DNA of 64,000 bases, from positions 768,001-832,000 of the forward strand of contig CP084167.1 in NCBI GenBank assembly GCA_021513715.1. The letters are read 5' to 3'. The stretch comes from Candidatus Heimdallarchaeum endolithica. GTDB taxonomy: Archaea; Asgardarchaeota; Heimdallarchaeia; Heimdallarchaeales; Heimdallarchaeaceae. Both the position numbers and the translations under genes were made by a program. The notes beneath the pieces are model-generated. The model had not been told where the DNA came from, searched no databases, and was given only the letters and a program-made list of their open reading frames with translations. This document shows positions 1 to 9,728 of the stretch, piece after piece (positions within the stretch are counted from its first letter, which is position 1; each line of letters opens with the position of its first letter).

Positions 1-243
1 TTAAGTTTAAAAAACAAACCTAAACTTCAAAAGAAACTCAAAAATCTAGAAATACCTGTTCTTGAAACTCAAGAAATAGACACAAAATGGAAAAAGACAT
101 TAGGTGATCTTTCAAAAAACCCAGATATTTTTAAATTCAGATTTTTGCTAGATAAAGGGGGAAAGGGATACGAACCTATAGCCTACATCTTTGCTGAAAA
201 TAAAAATGAACTTGAAGCACTTCTAAATAAGGTTTTAGAGTAA
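1..243 (+). CDS. 3' end of a ThiN (thiamine-phosphate synthase)-like domain protein, 5'-truncated by the window
   Basis: Frame 1 is open from base 1 to TAA at 241-243. It translates ...PDIFKFRFLLDKGGKGYEPIAYIFAEN..., resembling the ThiN C-terminal D-x-GG-x-G-x-EP motif. Confidence 0.55.
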   Translation, partial: LSLKNKPKLQKKLKNLEIPVLETQEIDTKWKKTLGDLSKNPDIFKFRFLLDKGGKGYEPIAYIFAENKNELEALLNKVLE

Positions 244-254
244 CAAAAAGAAGT

Positions 255-380
255 TCAAGTAGACAATTCTTCTTTTTCATCTTTTTCTTTATTAGCTAAT
301 TGAAACATTAAATAGACACTAGACCCAATTATTACAATGATGAGTAAAAACAAGAAACTCCATAATATTGTAGAAATCAT
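255..380 (-). CDS. Small single-pass membrane protein (41 aa)
   Basis: The ATG at 380 gives MISTILWSFLFLLIIVIIGSSVYLMFQLANKEKDEKEELST, a TM helix plus charged tail. It avoids overlap with the divergent tsaC. Confidence 0.45.
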   Translation of the reverse strand: MISTILWSFLFLLIIVIIGSSVYLMFQLANKEKDEKEELST

Positions 381-456
381 TAAATCAATTTTAATACTCT
401 GTTTATAAAGATTCTTAAAAAACGTTATTATATCTAAAAAAGTTAGCTTTTTGCAT

Positions 457-1101
457 ATGGAAGTTGAAATCATTAAAGTAAAGGAGAAACTTGCAGATAA
501 TGAATTAATACAAGCAATTAGATATTTAGAGCAAGAAAAAACAGTTGTTTTTCCAACTGACACAGTTTATGGTATAGGAGCAGATCTTTTCAAAGAAAAA
601 GCTGTAAAAAACTTATTCGAAATCAAAAAACGCCCACTGGATAAACCAATTAATGCATTAGTTTCTTCAATGAAACAAGTAGAAATGATAGTAGAAAATA
701 TTCCTGATTCAGCAATAAAATTGATAAAAGAATTCTGGCCAGGTGGCCTAACTATAATCTTAAAGAAAAAAGATATTGTTCCAGATATTGTCACTGCAGG
801 AAGAGAAACAATTGGTGTTAGAAAACCCAATAATGAAATTATTCTTCAGATACTTGAAAAATTTGGAAAACCTCTTGCAGCTACTAGTGCCAATATTTCA
901 GGTTTATCGAGTCCAATAACTGCAAAAGAAGTACTAGAACAACTAGGAGAAAAAAGTTATCTACTTATTGATGGAGGAAAAACAATAGAAAAACAACCTT
1001 CGACTATTATTGATTTATCTTCGAAAAAACCTCAAATTCTTCGTAAAGGAAGTGTAAGTGTAGAAAAAATAAAGGAGATATTACCTTCTATTATAGAATG
1101 A
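457..1101 (+). CDS. tsaC: L-threonylcarbamoyladenylate synthase (TsaC/YrdC domain only)
   Basis: Motifs VFPTDTVYGIGA, K-x-RP-x-DKP, FWPG-x-LT, TSANISG and PSTIID. There is no C-terminal SUA5 domain. ATG at 457. Confidence 0.92.
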   Translation: MEVEIIKVKEKLADNELIQAIRYLEQEKTVVFPTDTVYGIGADLFKEKAVKNLFEIKKRPLDKPINALVSSMKQVEMIVENIPDSAIKLIKEFWPGGLTIILKKKDIVPDIVTAGRETIGVRKPNNEIILQILEKFGKPLAATSANISGLSSPITAKEVLEQLGEKSYLLIDGGKTIEKQPSTIIDLSSKKPQILRKGSVSVEKIKEILPSIIE

Positions 1102-1141
1102 ATTTATAAATGAAAAAGATAATAATATAGCTTGAATTAAG

Positions 1142-1810
1142 ATGACATCAAGTGAGAAAGAGAAAGTAACAACTATTTTTTGGGATGTTGACACACAGAG
1201 AGACTTTATAGAACCAAATGGAAAACTATATATAAAAAATGCAGAATTGATCAAGCCAAATTTAGAAAAGTTAACACAATATTCAAGAATGGCAGGAATT
1301 AGAGTACTAGGCTCTGTAGACTGGCATGTTATCGGTGATGAAGAGATAGTAGAAAATCCAGAAGAAGCAGATTATGAGAAACATTATCCTCCTCATTGTT
1401 TGAAGGGTGATCCAGGCTCAGAAAAGATAATGGAAACTCGATCAGACACAGCTATTTTTGTAGACTATATTCCTTATAATGAAGAAAGAATAAATGAAAT
1501 AGTAAACAGTAACGCACCGATTTATTTCAGAAAAAAAGAGTTTGATGTTTTCACAAACCCTAACGTATTACCAATCTTGAATAAGATTAACCCCAAAAAA
1601 ATTGTGGTTTACGGTGTTGCAGCAGATGTGTGTGTCAAATATGCAATAGATGGTCTTGCAATGAGAGGTAACGCAGAAATCTATCTTGTTATTGATGCAA
1701 TAGAAGGAATAAACGAAATAGAAACAAAAAGACTAGTTCATGCATGGCAAGTAGTTGGAGTGATACCGATTACAACAGAACAAGTTCTAAAAGGAAATTG
1801 GATTAAATAA
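1142..1810 (+). CDS. Isochorismatase-family cysteine hydrolase (nicotinamidase/pyrazinamidase-like)
   Basis: Motifs DVDTQRDF, DWH, PPHC and GVAADVCV. Confidence 0.85.
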   Translation: MTSSEKEKVTTIFWDVDTQRDFIEPNGKLYIKNAELIKPNLEKLTQYSRMAGIRVLGSVDWHVIGDEEIVENPEEADYEKHYPPHCLKGDPGSEKIMETRSDTAIFVDYIPYNEERINEIVNSNAPIYFRKKEFDVFTNPNVLPILNKINPKKIVVYGVAADVCVKYAIDGLAMRGNAEIYLVIDAIEGINEIETKRLVHAWQVVGVIPITTEQVLKGNWIK

Positions 1811-1953
1811 TTTGAAATATTTCACTTTTTTGAAAAAATTCTATAAAAACTATATTTAGTTTACTTTTTTCTCAAAATACCAAAACTAACATTTCAAGGT
1901 ATGCTAGTATGTTCTATTTTCAATGAAGTTTTAAATTATAAAAAAAAATCATT

Positions 1954-3969
1954 CTATTTTTTTCTCTGAATGTAAACCATAGAGAGGGATAGTAAACTTA
2001 GCAATAACACAGAAAAAGCCCATCTTGACCCCAATGGGAATGTTGATGATGTATTAGGGCTAGTCTCTGTAGGAGTAGTCTCTGTAGGAGTAGTCTCAGT
2101 AGGAGTAGTCTCAGTAGGAGTAGTCTCAGTAGGAGTAGTCTCAGTAGGAGTAGTCTCAGTAGGAGTAGTCTCAGTAGGAGTAGTCTCAGTAGGAGTAGTC
2201 TCAGTAGGAGTAGTCTCAGTAGAAGTAGTCTCAGTAGGAGTAGTCTCAGTAGGAGTAGTCTCAGTAGAAGTAGTCTCAGTAGAAGTTTCTGTTGTAGTTT
2301 CATACTCTAGATTATATCCTGCTTGTTCCATTAATTGTCTAGCAAGTTCAATATCATAACTATAAGGTTGAAGAGTTTTGTCAAAACCTATACACCCATC
2401 TGGCATAGGAGAAACTCCTTGCAATCCGAGTCCATCTAAGATTTCATTAACTATGTATTCTCTAGGAACAATATGACTAATAGCTTTTCTGATACAACGT
2501 GCTGCTTCTGCAGTTCCTAGAGGAGTGAGTTCACCTGTACCAATTATAGGATGAAGCATATTTATAGCCATTTCTTGTTCTATTAAGGATTTTGTAAAAA
2601 CCAGATTTGCCTTAACTCCAGTATAATCAGATTCAACTGCACCATATCTAGAATCTACTATATCAACTGCTCCACCTGAAAGAGAATTAATAGCTGTTTC
2701 TTTATCATTAACATAAATGAAGAATAAAGCATCTAGTAAATCATCAGTTGTTATAGCCCAATAAGGATTGGGGTACAATGTAACAGCATCATCATTAAAG
2801 TCATTTACATCTAACATAAATGGACCACAACTAGTTAATAAAGCTTGATCTAAAACTCCCATATCATAGCCATTTATGGCAATGTAATTTTGGACTAAGT
2901 TCTTGTTGATTATATCAAGACTTAAGAGATTTAAAGCTAAGGAATAAGGTTGACTTAAAGTAAATTGAACAGTGTCATCATCTAAAGCCACAATAGAATC
3001 ATTATTCTCAAAGTAGGTTGTTAAATAATCATAATGTCTTGATTTAACTGAAGGTGTCATGTGTAGCTCATAAGTATAATCAACATCATAAGCAGTTACA
3101 GGATCTCCATTACTGAAATAAGCATTAGGATTAATGTCAACAGTAAAGGTTAAGTTATCGTCAGAGATACTGTAACTTTGGGCAATAACTGGTTCCAGTA
3201 AATGGTCGCTTTGATTTCGTTCAAATAAACCATAATAAACACAATTCATCCATAAGCCATCATAATCCGATTCTTGAACAAAGATATTATATTCTGAAAA
3301 TAGAGCTGGTTCAGCATAAGTAATATTGTTTTTCATTGAATTTCTCCATTTTTCTGCTCGATGATTATTCATTTGGACTAACTGAGTGTCTATTCCACTA
3401 ATTGAACTATCTAATCCAAAAAGGCATCCAGGATAAACAATAGAAATGGCAGGTAAATCTTGATAAAGGATAGCTTGCATTTCTTTTCCTATAGCAATAT
3501 GATCAATTTCATCAATTTCAGTATTGTATCTAGCTACTTTTGAGTCATAGGTAAGATTACTATATTGGTACATATTGACTCCAGCAGGAACAATACCACC
3601 TGTATCAAAAAGACCTAAGGGTTCCCAGTCAAAGAACCATGTCCAACCAACAAAAAAGATATCATAACCACCTTCTTCATATGTTGGAATATGATCATAA
3701 TATCCTTCTTCACCCACAGGATAAGAAAATGTACGAGGAAAAATATTTGACCAAGTAGTGGATTCATGATAAGATATTCCTATACCTATTTTTGGAAATT
3801 GTTCTTCCATTAATAGAGCCCATTCATTTCTTTCTGGGACGGTGTTTGGTGATAATAAATTCAAATAAAAAACAGGAATTGGATTTTCACTTGTACTTTG
3901 AGGAACATAAGTAGAAACAAAACTGAAACAGAGTATAATTGAGATTGAGATTAAAAATTTAATTTTCAT
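1954..3969 (-). CDS. Family-5 (Opp/Dpp-type) ABC solute-binding protein with Thr-rich repeat stalk and C-terminal TM anchor
   Basis: Signal peptide, FSNGDPVTAYDV, GPF and RKAISH motifs, (TETTP)n linker and a C-terminal hydrophobic helix followed by RKK. Confidence 0.88.
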   Translation of the reverse strand: MKIKFLISISIILCFSFVSTYVPQSTSENPIPVFYLNLLSPNTVPERNEWALLMEEQFPKIGIGISYHESTTWSNIFPRTFSYPVGEEGYYDHIPTYEEGGYDIFFVGWTWFFDWEPLGLFDTGGIVPAGVNMYQYSNLTYDSKVARYNTEIDEIDHIAIGKEMQAILYQDLPAISIVYPGCLFGLDSSISGIDTQLVQMNNHRAEKWRNSMKNNITYAEPALFSEYNIFVQESDYDGLWMNCVYYGLFERNQSDHLLEPVIAQSYSISDDNLTFTVDINPNAYFSNGDPVTAYDVDYTYELHMTPSVKSRHYDYLTTYFENNDSIVALDDDTVQFTLSQPYSLALNLLSLDIINKNLVQNYIAINGYDMGVLDQALLTSCGPFMLDVNDFNDDAVTLYPNPYWAITTDDLLDALFFIYVNDKETAINSLSGGAVDIVDSRYGAVESDYTGVKANLVFTKSLIEQEMAINMLHPIIGTGELTPLGTAEAARCIRKAISHIVPREYIVNEILDGLGLQGVSPMPDGCIGFDKTLQPYSYDIELARQLMEQAGYNLEYETTTETSTETTSTETTPTETTPTETTSTETTPTETTPTETTPTETTPTETTPTETTPTETTPTETTPTETTPTETTPTETSPNTSSTFPLGSRWAFSVLLLSLLSLSMVYIQRKK
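2061..2285. repeat. Intragenic tandem repeat, 15 x 15 bp (TAGTCTCAGTAGGAG), encoding TETTP/TETTS on the minus strand
   Basis: Counted directly: 15 units with only A/T and G/A variants. Confidence 0.97.
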
Positions 3970-4180
3970 GTAATCAACTCTTTTATACAGCTTAAATTAA
4001 AGTAAAAGAAGTATTTTAATATTAGTACAACTTTCAAGTTTTTATTGGTGAATTAACAAATGTAATGATAAAGTAGCTAAATAAAGATACTAAAAAATAA
4101 CATGCTAACAAAAAAATTATACCTAAATCTAGGAAGTCACAAACATATAAGAAGCATTATAAAAAAAATAAAAGATTGGA

Positions 4181-6022
4181 TTATCTTTTTCTTGAATTAT
4201 AGACAATAGATGAACATACTAAACTAAGCAAGAATAAAGGGATAACCCACTTAAAATCTAAACTAAATGTTAAGTTTGGATTAGCATTTGTTTCTGTTGG
4301 ATTAGATGTATAAGATGTAACTGATGAGGATGATCCAGTAGTGTTGAGATATTCTGAAGAATAACCAGCTTGTTCTATTAATTGTTTAGCGAGAACAAGA
4401 TCATAATTATAAGGTTTTAGAGTGTTATCAAAACCTACACATCCATCAGGCATAGGTGAGACGCCAGGAGCTCCAACCCCTTCCAAAATCTCATCTACTA
4501 TTGTCTCTCTAGGAACAGCATGGCTTATGGCTTTTCTAATTAACTTTGCTGCATCTGCTGTACCTAAAGGAGTGAGTTCTCCTGTTCCTATGATAGGATG
4601 AAGCATATTAACTGCCATTTCTTGTTGTGATAAATATTTTGTATTTAGTACAAGAGCATCAATACCTTCGAAATCTGATTCAACAGGAGAATATTGAGCA
4701 TCAACAATATCTACTGTTCCATCAGCGAGAGCACCAATTGCTGAGTCTTTTTCAGCAATAAATGTGAATATCAAACTATCTAGTAAATCATCATCTGTTA
4801 TAGTCCAATAAGGATTGGAATGTAAAGTAACAGTACTAGAAGTTGTATCAAAATCATCTATATCTAACATAAATGGACCACAACTAGTTACTAATGCTTG
4901 ATCTAGAGCATTCATATCATAACCATACGTACTTATATAATTTTGAACCAAATTCTTGTTAATTATCCCATAACTCAACAGATTTAAAGCAAAAGCATAT
5001 GGTTCTTTAAAATTAAATTGAATAGTATCGTCATCTAAAGCCACAATAGAATCGTTGTTGTCAAAGAAGGTTGTTAAATAACCATAAGAACTGGATGCAA
5101 CTGCAGGAGTCATGTGTAACTCATAAGTGTAGTCAACATCATAAGCGGTAACTTTGTCTCCATTACTGAAATAAGCATCATGATTAATGTCAACAGTAAA
5201 GGCCATTTTATCTTCTGAAATAGAATAGTTTTTTGCAATAACAGGCTCCATTAAATGAGTATCCGGATTTCGTTCAAATAAACCATAATAAACACAACTC
5301 ATCCATTTTCCATCATAGTATGATTCTTGAACAAAGGTATTATATTCTGTAAACTCTGCAGGTTGAACATAAGTTATACTATCTTTCACCGAATTTCTCC
5401 ATTTTTCTGCACGATGCTCATTTTTAGATAATAGTAGTGAATCAACTCCACTTATGGATTTAGACAATCCATAAATCTGTCTTCCATAAACAATTGAAAT
5501 TGAAGGTAGATCTTCATAAAGGATAGCTTGTAATTCTTTAGCTCTAGCGATACGAACTGTATCATTAAGTTCAGTAATGTATTCTCCAAGTTTTTCATCA
5601 AAAACATGATTGCAATATTGGTACATATTGTCACCGTAAGGAACAATACTGGGTGAAGCAAAAAGATTACTTGGATCCCAGTCTAACCCCCAACTCCAAC
5701 CTACAAAAAGTATGTCATAACCTCCTTCTTCATATGTTGGGATATGATCATAATAACCTTCTTCACCAACAGGATATGACCATACACGAGGCATAATATT
5801 TCCCCAACCAGTAGATTCGTGATAAGCTATTCCAACACCTATTTTTGATAGTTGTTCTTCGATCAACGAAGCCCATTCATTTCTTTCTAGCAGTGTATTT
5901 GGTGATAATAAACTAATGTAGAAATATGGAGTAGTTTCGTCACTATTACTTTGAGGAATATAAGTAGAAGCAAAACTAAAACAGAGTATTATTAAAATAG
6001 AGATAATGAACTTTATTTTCAT
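4181..6022 (-). CDS. Family-5 ABC solute-binding protein, paralog 2
   Basis: Colinear with 1954-3969 and carries the same motifs. Short S/T linker and TM anchor. Confidence 0.88.
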   Translation of the reverse strand: MKIKFIISILIILCFSFASTYIPQSNSDETTPYFYISLLSPNTLLERNEWASLIEEQLSKIGVGIAYHESTGWGNIMPRVWSYPVGEEGYYDHIPTYEEGGYDILFVGWSWGLDWDPSNLFASPSIVPYGDNMYQYCNHVFDEKLGEYITELNDTVRIARAKELQAILYEDLPSISIVYGRQIYGLSKSISGVDSLLLSKNEHRAEKWRNSVKDSITYVQPAEFTEYNTFVQESYYDGKWMSCVYYGLFERNPDTHLMEPVIAKNYSISEDKMAFTVDINHDAYFSNGDKVTAYDVDYTYELHMTPAVASSSYGYLTTFFDNNDSIVALDDDTIQFNFKEPYAFALNLLSYGIINKNLVQNYISTYGYDMNALDQALVTSCGPFMLDIDDFDTTSSTVTLHSNPYWTITDDDLLDSLIFTFIAEKDSAIGALADGTVDIVDAQYSPVESDFEGIDALVLNTKYLSQQEMAVNMLHPIIGTGELTPLGTADAAKLIRKAISHAVPRETIVDEILEGVGAPGVSPMPDGCVGFDNTLKPYNYDLVLAKQLIEQAGYSSEYLNTTGSSSSVTSYTSNPTETNANPNLTFSLDFKWVIPLFLLSLVCSSIVYNSRKR

Positions 6023-6250
6023 GTTATCAACTCTTTTTTTTTAATTAAGTTGAAATAACTATTTTAATGTTTTTACTAGTTATTAATATTTTTTAATTTA
6101 TTATTATAAATGATAAAACATATCAAGATATTTATAATTCATTAGATTATGAGAACTGAAATGCAAAAAGAGTCTATAAATAAGTATATGCAATAATCTC
6201 TAAGGTATAATCATAACTGAAATCTCAATATAAATTCTGATAAAAAATGA

Positions 6251-6295
6251 AAAATTGTAATTAGAAGAATTGTAATTAAAAGAATTATAATTAAA
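6251..6295. repeat. Three imperfect 15-bp AT-rich tandem units just 3' of SBP paralog 3
   Basis: aaaattgtaattaga / agaattgtaattaaa / agaattataattaaa. Confidence 0.6.
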
Positions 6296-6299
6296 GTTT

Positions 6300-8111
6300 T
6301 TAGATGCCCTTTCTTTCTTTTCTTTTGTTAATTATAGAGACTGATATTACACAAATCAAAAGAACAGAAAGAGTAGAACCTATATCATAGGCTGTTGAAC
6401 TTATATTATCTGTATTTTCACTTGACATTGTTGTATTATATTCTAAATTATAACCTGCTAGTTCCATAAATTGTCTAGCAAGATAAATATCATAGATATA
6501 AGGCTCAAGACTGGCATCAAAACCAATACAGCCTTCAGGCATAGGTGAAACACCTTGTGCTCCAAGCCCTTCTAAAATCTCTTCAACTATAATTTCTCGA
6601 GGGACAGCATGACTGATAGCTTTTCTAATTAACTTTGCTGCGTCTGCAGTGCCTAGAGGAGTGAGTTCTCCTGTACCAATTATAGGATGACGCATATTGA
6701 TTGCCATTTCTTGTGTAGATGTTAGTTTTGTAATGACCATATTAACATCGATTCCCTCAAAATCTGATAGATGAAATGCATATTTAGCATCAACAATGTC
6801 AACTGACCCTCTTTTGAGAGCATCAATTGCCATGCTTTTAGATGGAATATAAGTGAATATTAAACTATCCAGTAAATCATCATCTGTTAAGGTCCAATAA
6901 GGGTTAGAGTGAAGGATTACTGTACTAGAAGTGATATTATAATCGCTTACATTGAGCATATATGGACCACAACTTGTTACTAAAGCTTGATCTAAAACAT
7001 TCAAGTTATAACCATTTGAATCGATGTAATTTTGGACTAGATTCTTGTTAATTATACCATAACTCAATAAACTTAAGCTAAAAGCATATCTTTTTTTGAA
7101 AGTAAACTGAATAGTATCTTCATCTAAAGCTTTGATAGATTCGTTATTTTCAAAGTAAGTCGTTAAGTATTCATATAATATGGAATCAACAGCAGGGGTC
7201 ATGTACAACTTATAAGTATAGTCAACATCATAAGCAGTTACAGGTTCTCCATTACTAAAGTAAGCATTAGGCTTAACATCCACTGTAATGGTTAATTTAT
7301 CCTCTGAAACACTATAATTCTTTGCTATAACTGGCTCCATCAAATGTTTATTTTGACTACGTTCAAAAAGTCCATAATAAACACAACTCATCCATAGAGC
7401 ATCATAATACGATTCTTGAACAAAGATGTTATATTCATCTAATTCTGCTGGTTGAGCATAAGAAATATTGTTCCTTAATGAATTTCTCCAATTTTCAGCT
7501 CGATGAGCACTATCACTTAACAAGAGTGTATCAATTCCACTAGTTGATTTATTCAACGCATATATCTCTCTTGGATACAATATTGTTATAGCAGGTAAAT
7601 CATCATAAAGAATAGCTTGCAGTTCCTCACCTTTTGCAATACGTGCATTCTCATCAAGTTCTGTGATATATTCTTCAAGTTTTTTATCAAATTCTGGATT
7701 GTTGTATTGATACATATTGTCTCCAGCAGGAACAATACTAGCTGAATCAAAACACCATGTTGGATCCCAGTCTAATAACCAATTCCAACCTATAAAGAGT
7801 ATATCATAACCTCCTTCTTCGTATGTTGGGATATGATCATAATATCCTTCTTCACCAACAGGATATGACCACACACGAGGCATAATATTTCCCCACCCTG
7901 TGGCTTCATGTCGAGCTATTCCAATTCCAATTTTTGGTAACTCTTCTTCCATTAGAAATGACCATTGATTTCTTTGAGTACAAGTTATCGGTGACAGTAA
8001 AGTAATATAAAATAAAGGTAGAGGGTCTTCATTTGCTTGTTGAGGAATAGAACTAGTTAAAAAAGTAAAACAGAGAGCTATTGAGAAAAAAACTATTTTT
8101 CTCTTTCTCAT
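6300..8111 (-). CDS. Family-5 ABC solute-binding protein, paralog 3
   Basis: Colinear with the two paralogs. Start set at MRKRK (ATG at 8111), preceded by AAGGAG. Confidence 0.88.
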   Translation of the reverse strand: MRKRKIVFFSIALCFTFLTSSIPQQANEDPLPLFYITLLSPITCTQRNQWSFLMEEELPKIGIGIARHEATGWGNIMPRVWSYPVGEEGYYDHIPTYEEGGYDILFIGWNWLLDWDPTWCFDSASIVPAGDNMYQYNNPEFDKKLEEYITELDENARIAKGEELQAILYDDLPAITILYPREIYALNKSTSGIDTLLLSDSAHRAENWRNSLRNNISYAQPAELDEYNIFVQESYYDALWMSCVYYGLFERSQNKHLMEPVIAKNYSVSEDKLTITVDVKPNAYFSNGEPVTAYDVDYTYKLYMTPAVDSILYEYLTTYFENNESIKALDEDTIQFTFKKRYAFSLSLLSYGIINKNLVQNYIDSNGYNLNVLDQALVTSCGPYMLNVSDYNITSSTVILHSNPYWTLTDDDLLDSLIFTYIPSKSMAIDALKRGSVDIVDAKYAFHLSDFEGIDVNMVITKLTSTQEMAINMRHPIIGTGELTPLGTADAAKLIRKAISHAVPREIIVEEILEGLGAQGVSPMPEGCIGFDASLEPYIYDIYLARQFMELAGYNLEYNTTMSSENTDNISSTAYDIGSTLSVLLICVISVSIINKRKERKGI

Positions 8112-8273
8112 ACTAATCTCCTTACTTAATAAAAATAAGTAAAAAAACAATATAAGTATTCTCTTTTCTAATTCTATTAATCTTTGATTTTTATATTTCT
8201 GATTTAGAATAAAAAACACTACTGTTTTTCGTTTCCGAAATCTTTTAAATGTGCATAACTCTTTTTTTACAGA

Positions 8274-9716
8274 ATGGAAGATATAATAAATTTTGCATTA
8301 AAGAAAGCAGAATCTAAGAATGTTAATTTTGCTGAAGTTAGAATCTTTGGTTATGACAGTGAAGTGATAGCCTTAAGAAATAGTGAAATTGACCAAATAG
8401 GAAGAGCTTACAATACAGGTTATGGTGTAAGAGTAATTAAAAATGGTGCTTGGGGTTTTGCTAGCTCTGCAGATATAAGTAAAGAAACAATAGATGAAGT
8501 AGTAAATAATGCAATTAAGGAAGCTGAAGCTACAAGTAAAGTAATTAAAAGACCAGTAGAGTTGTCAGAGGAACCAATAATAAAAGATCACTATAAAACT
8601 CCTTTCAAGATTGACCCTTTTGAAGTTGATTTTGAAGAAAAATTAGAGATCTTGAAAAAAGCTGATGAAATAATTGCAGAGAAAGGTGATGTAATTAAAG
8701 TAAGGCAAACAAATATGAGTTTTTATAAAGTATATCTAAATTATGGAAACACTGATGGAACTAGAATAGAACAAGAAGAACTTTTTACAGGTGCAGGTGT
8801 CTCAGCAACTGCAATTGCTAATGATAACCAGAGAAGAGAGATTAAACTTTATGAGATGAGAGGATTTGAATATATTGATATGTATAACTTTGAAGAGAAA
8901 GCAGAGAAAGTTGCTCAAGAAGCAATAGTTCTTGCTACTGAAGCAGTTGCTCCTAAACAGCAAAAAACTGCTTTTATCTTGGAACCCTTTCAACTAGGAT
9001 TAACTATTCATGAAAGTTGTGGTCACCCAACAGAACTAGACAGAGTATTAGGTTGGGAAGCTGATTTTGCTGGAACAAGTTTTCTTACTTTAGAAAAACT
9101 TGGCAAAAACTATCAATATGGTTCTGAAAAGGTTAATCTTGTCAACGACCCCACAATTCCTTATGTTTTAGGACATGAAAAATATGATCATGAAGGAGTA
9201 GAAACAAAAAGATTCTATGTAGTTAAAAACGGTATTTTCAACGATTACCAAACAGATAGGCAAACAGCTAAAATTATTGGAAAAGAACACAGTAATGGAA
9301 ATGCAAGAATTGCAAGATATAATCGAGTACCTCTTGTTAGAATGAGTAACTTGTATCTTGAAGCTGATTCTGAAGGACCAAAGGATATTGATGAATTAAT
9401 TGCTGAAACTAAAGAAGGAATCTATGGAATTAATTGGAAAAGTCATTCTATTGATGATAAAAGAACTAATTTTCAGTTTAGTGTTCAATTAGCTTATGAA
9501 ATAAAGAATGGAGAGTTAGGAAGACCTCTAAAAAACACTATCTATCAAGCAGTTACTCCAGAATTCTGGGGAGGTCTTGATTTAATGACTAAAGAATGGA
9601 GAATCGAAGGTCTTGGACCAAGCTGTGGTAAAGGAGCTCCTCACACGCAAGCAATGTGGGTAAGTCATGGAGGACCTTATGCTCGTTTCCAAGGAGTGAA
9701 TATCTTTTCAGGATAA
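8274..9716 (+). CDS. tldD: TldD metalloprotease
   Basis: GYGVRV..GAWGFA, HESCGHPTELD (HExxGHxxE), RMSN and C-terminal CGKG motifs. Confidence 0.92.
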   Translation: MEDIINFALKKAESKNVNFAEVRIFGYDSEVIALRNSEIDQIGRAYNTGYGVRVIKNGAWGFASSADISKETIDEVVNNAIKEAEATSKVIKRPVELSEEPIIKDHYKTPFKIDPFEVDFEEKLEILKKADEIIAEKGDVIKVRQTNMSFYKVYLNYGNTDGTRIEQEELFTGAGVSATAIANDNQRREIKLYEMRGFEYIDMYNFEEKAEKVAQEAIVLATEAVAPKQQKTAFILEPFQLGLTIHESCGHPTELDRVLGWEADFAGTSFLTLEKLGKNYQYGSEKVNLVNDPTIPYVLGHEKYDHEGVETKRFYVVKNGIFNDYQTDRQTAKIIGKEHSNGNARIARYNRVPLVRMSNLYLEADSEGPKDIDELIAETKEGIYGINWKSHSIDDKRTNFQFSVQLAYEIKNGELGRPLKNTIYQAVTPEFWGGLDLMTKEWRIEGLGPSCGKGAPHTQAMWVSHGGPYARFQGVNIFSG

Positions 9717-9728
9717 AAGGTGAATAAA

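Noticed and set aside
2061-2285. Possible CRISPR array; also the poly-(RLLLL) ORF 1998-2303
   Set aside because: The units are contiguous with no spacers and encode TETTP in frame. The Leu/Arg ORF is an alternative frame of the repeat.
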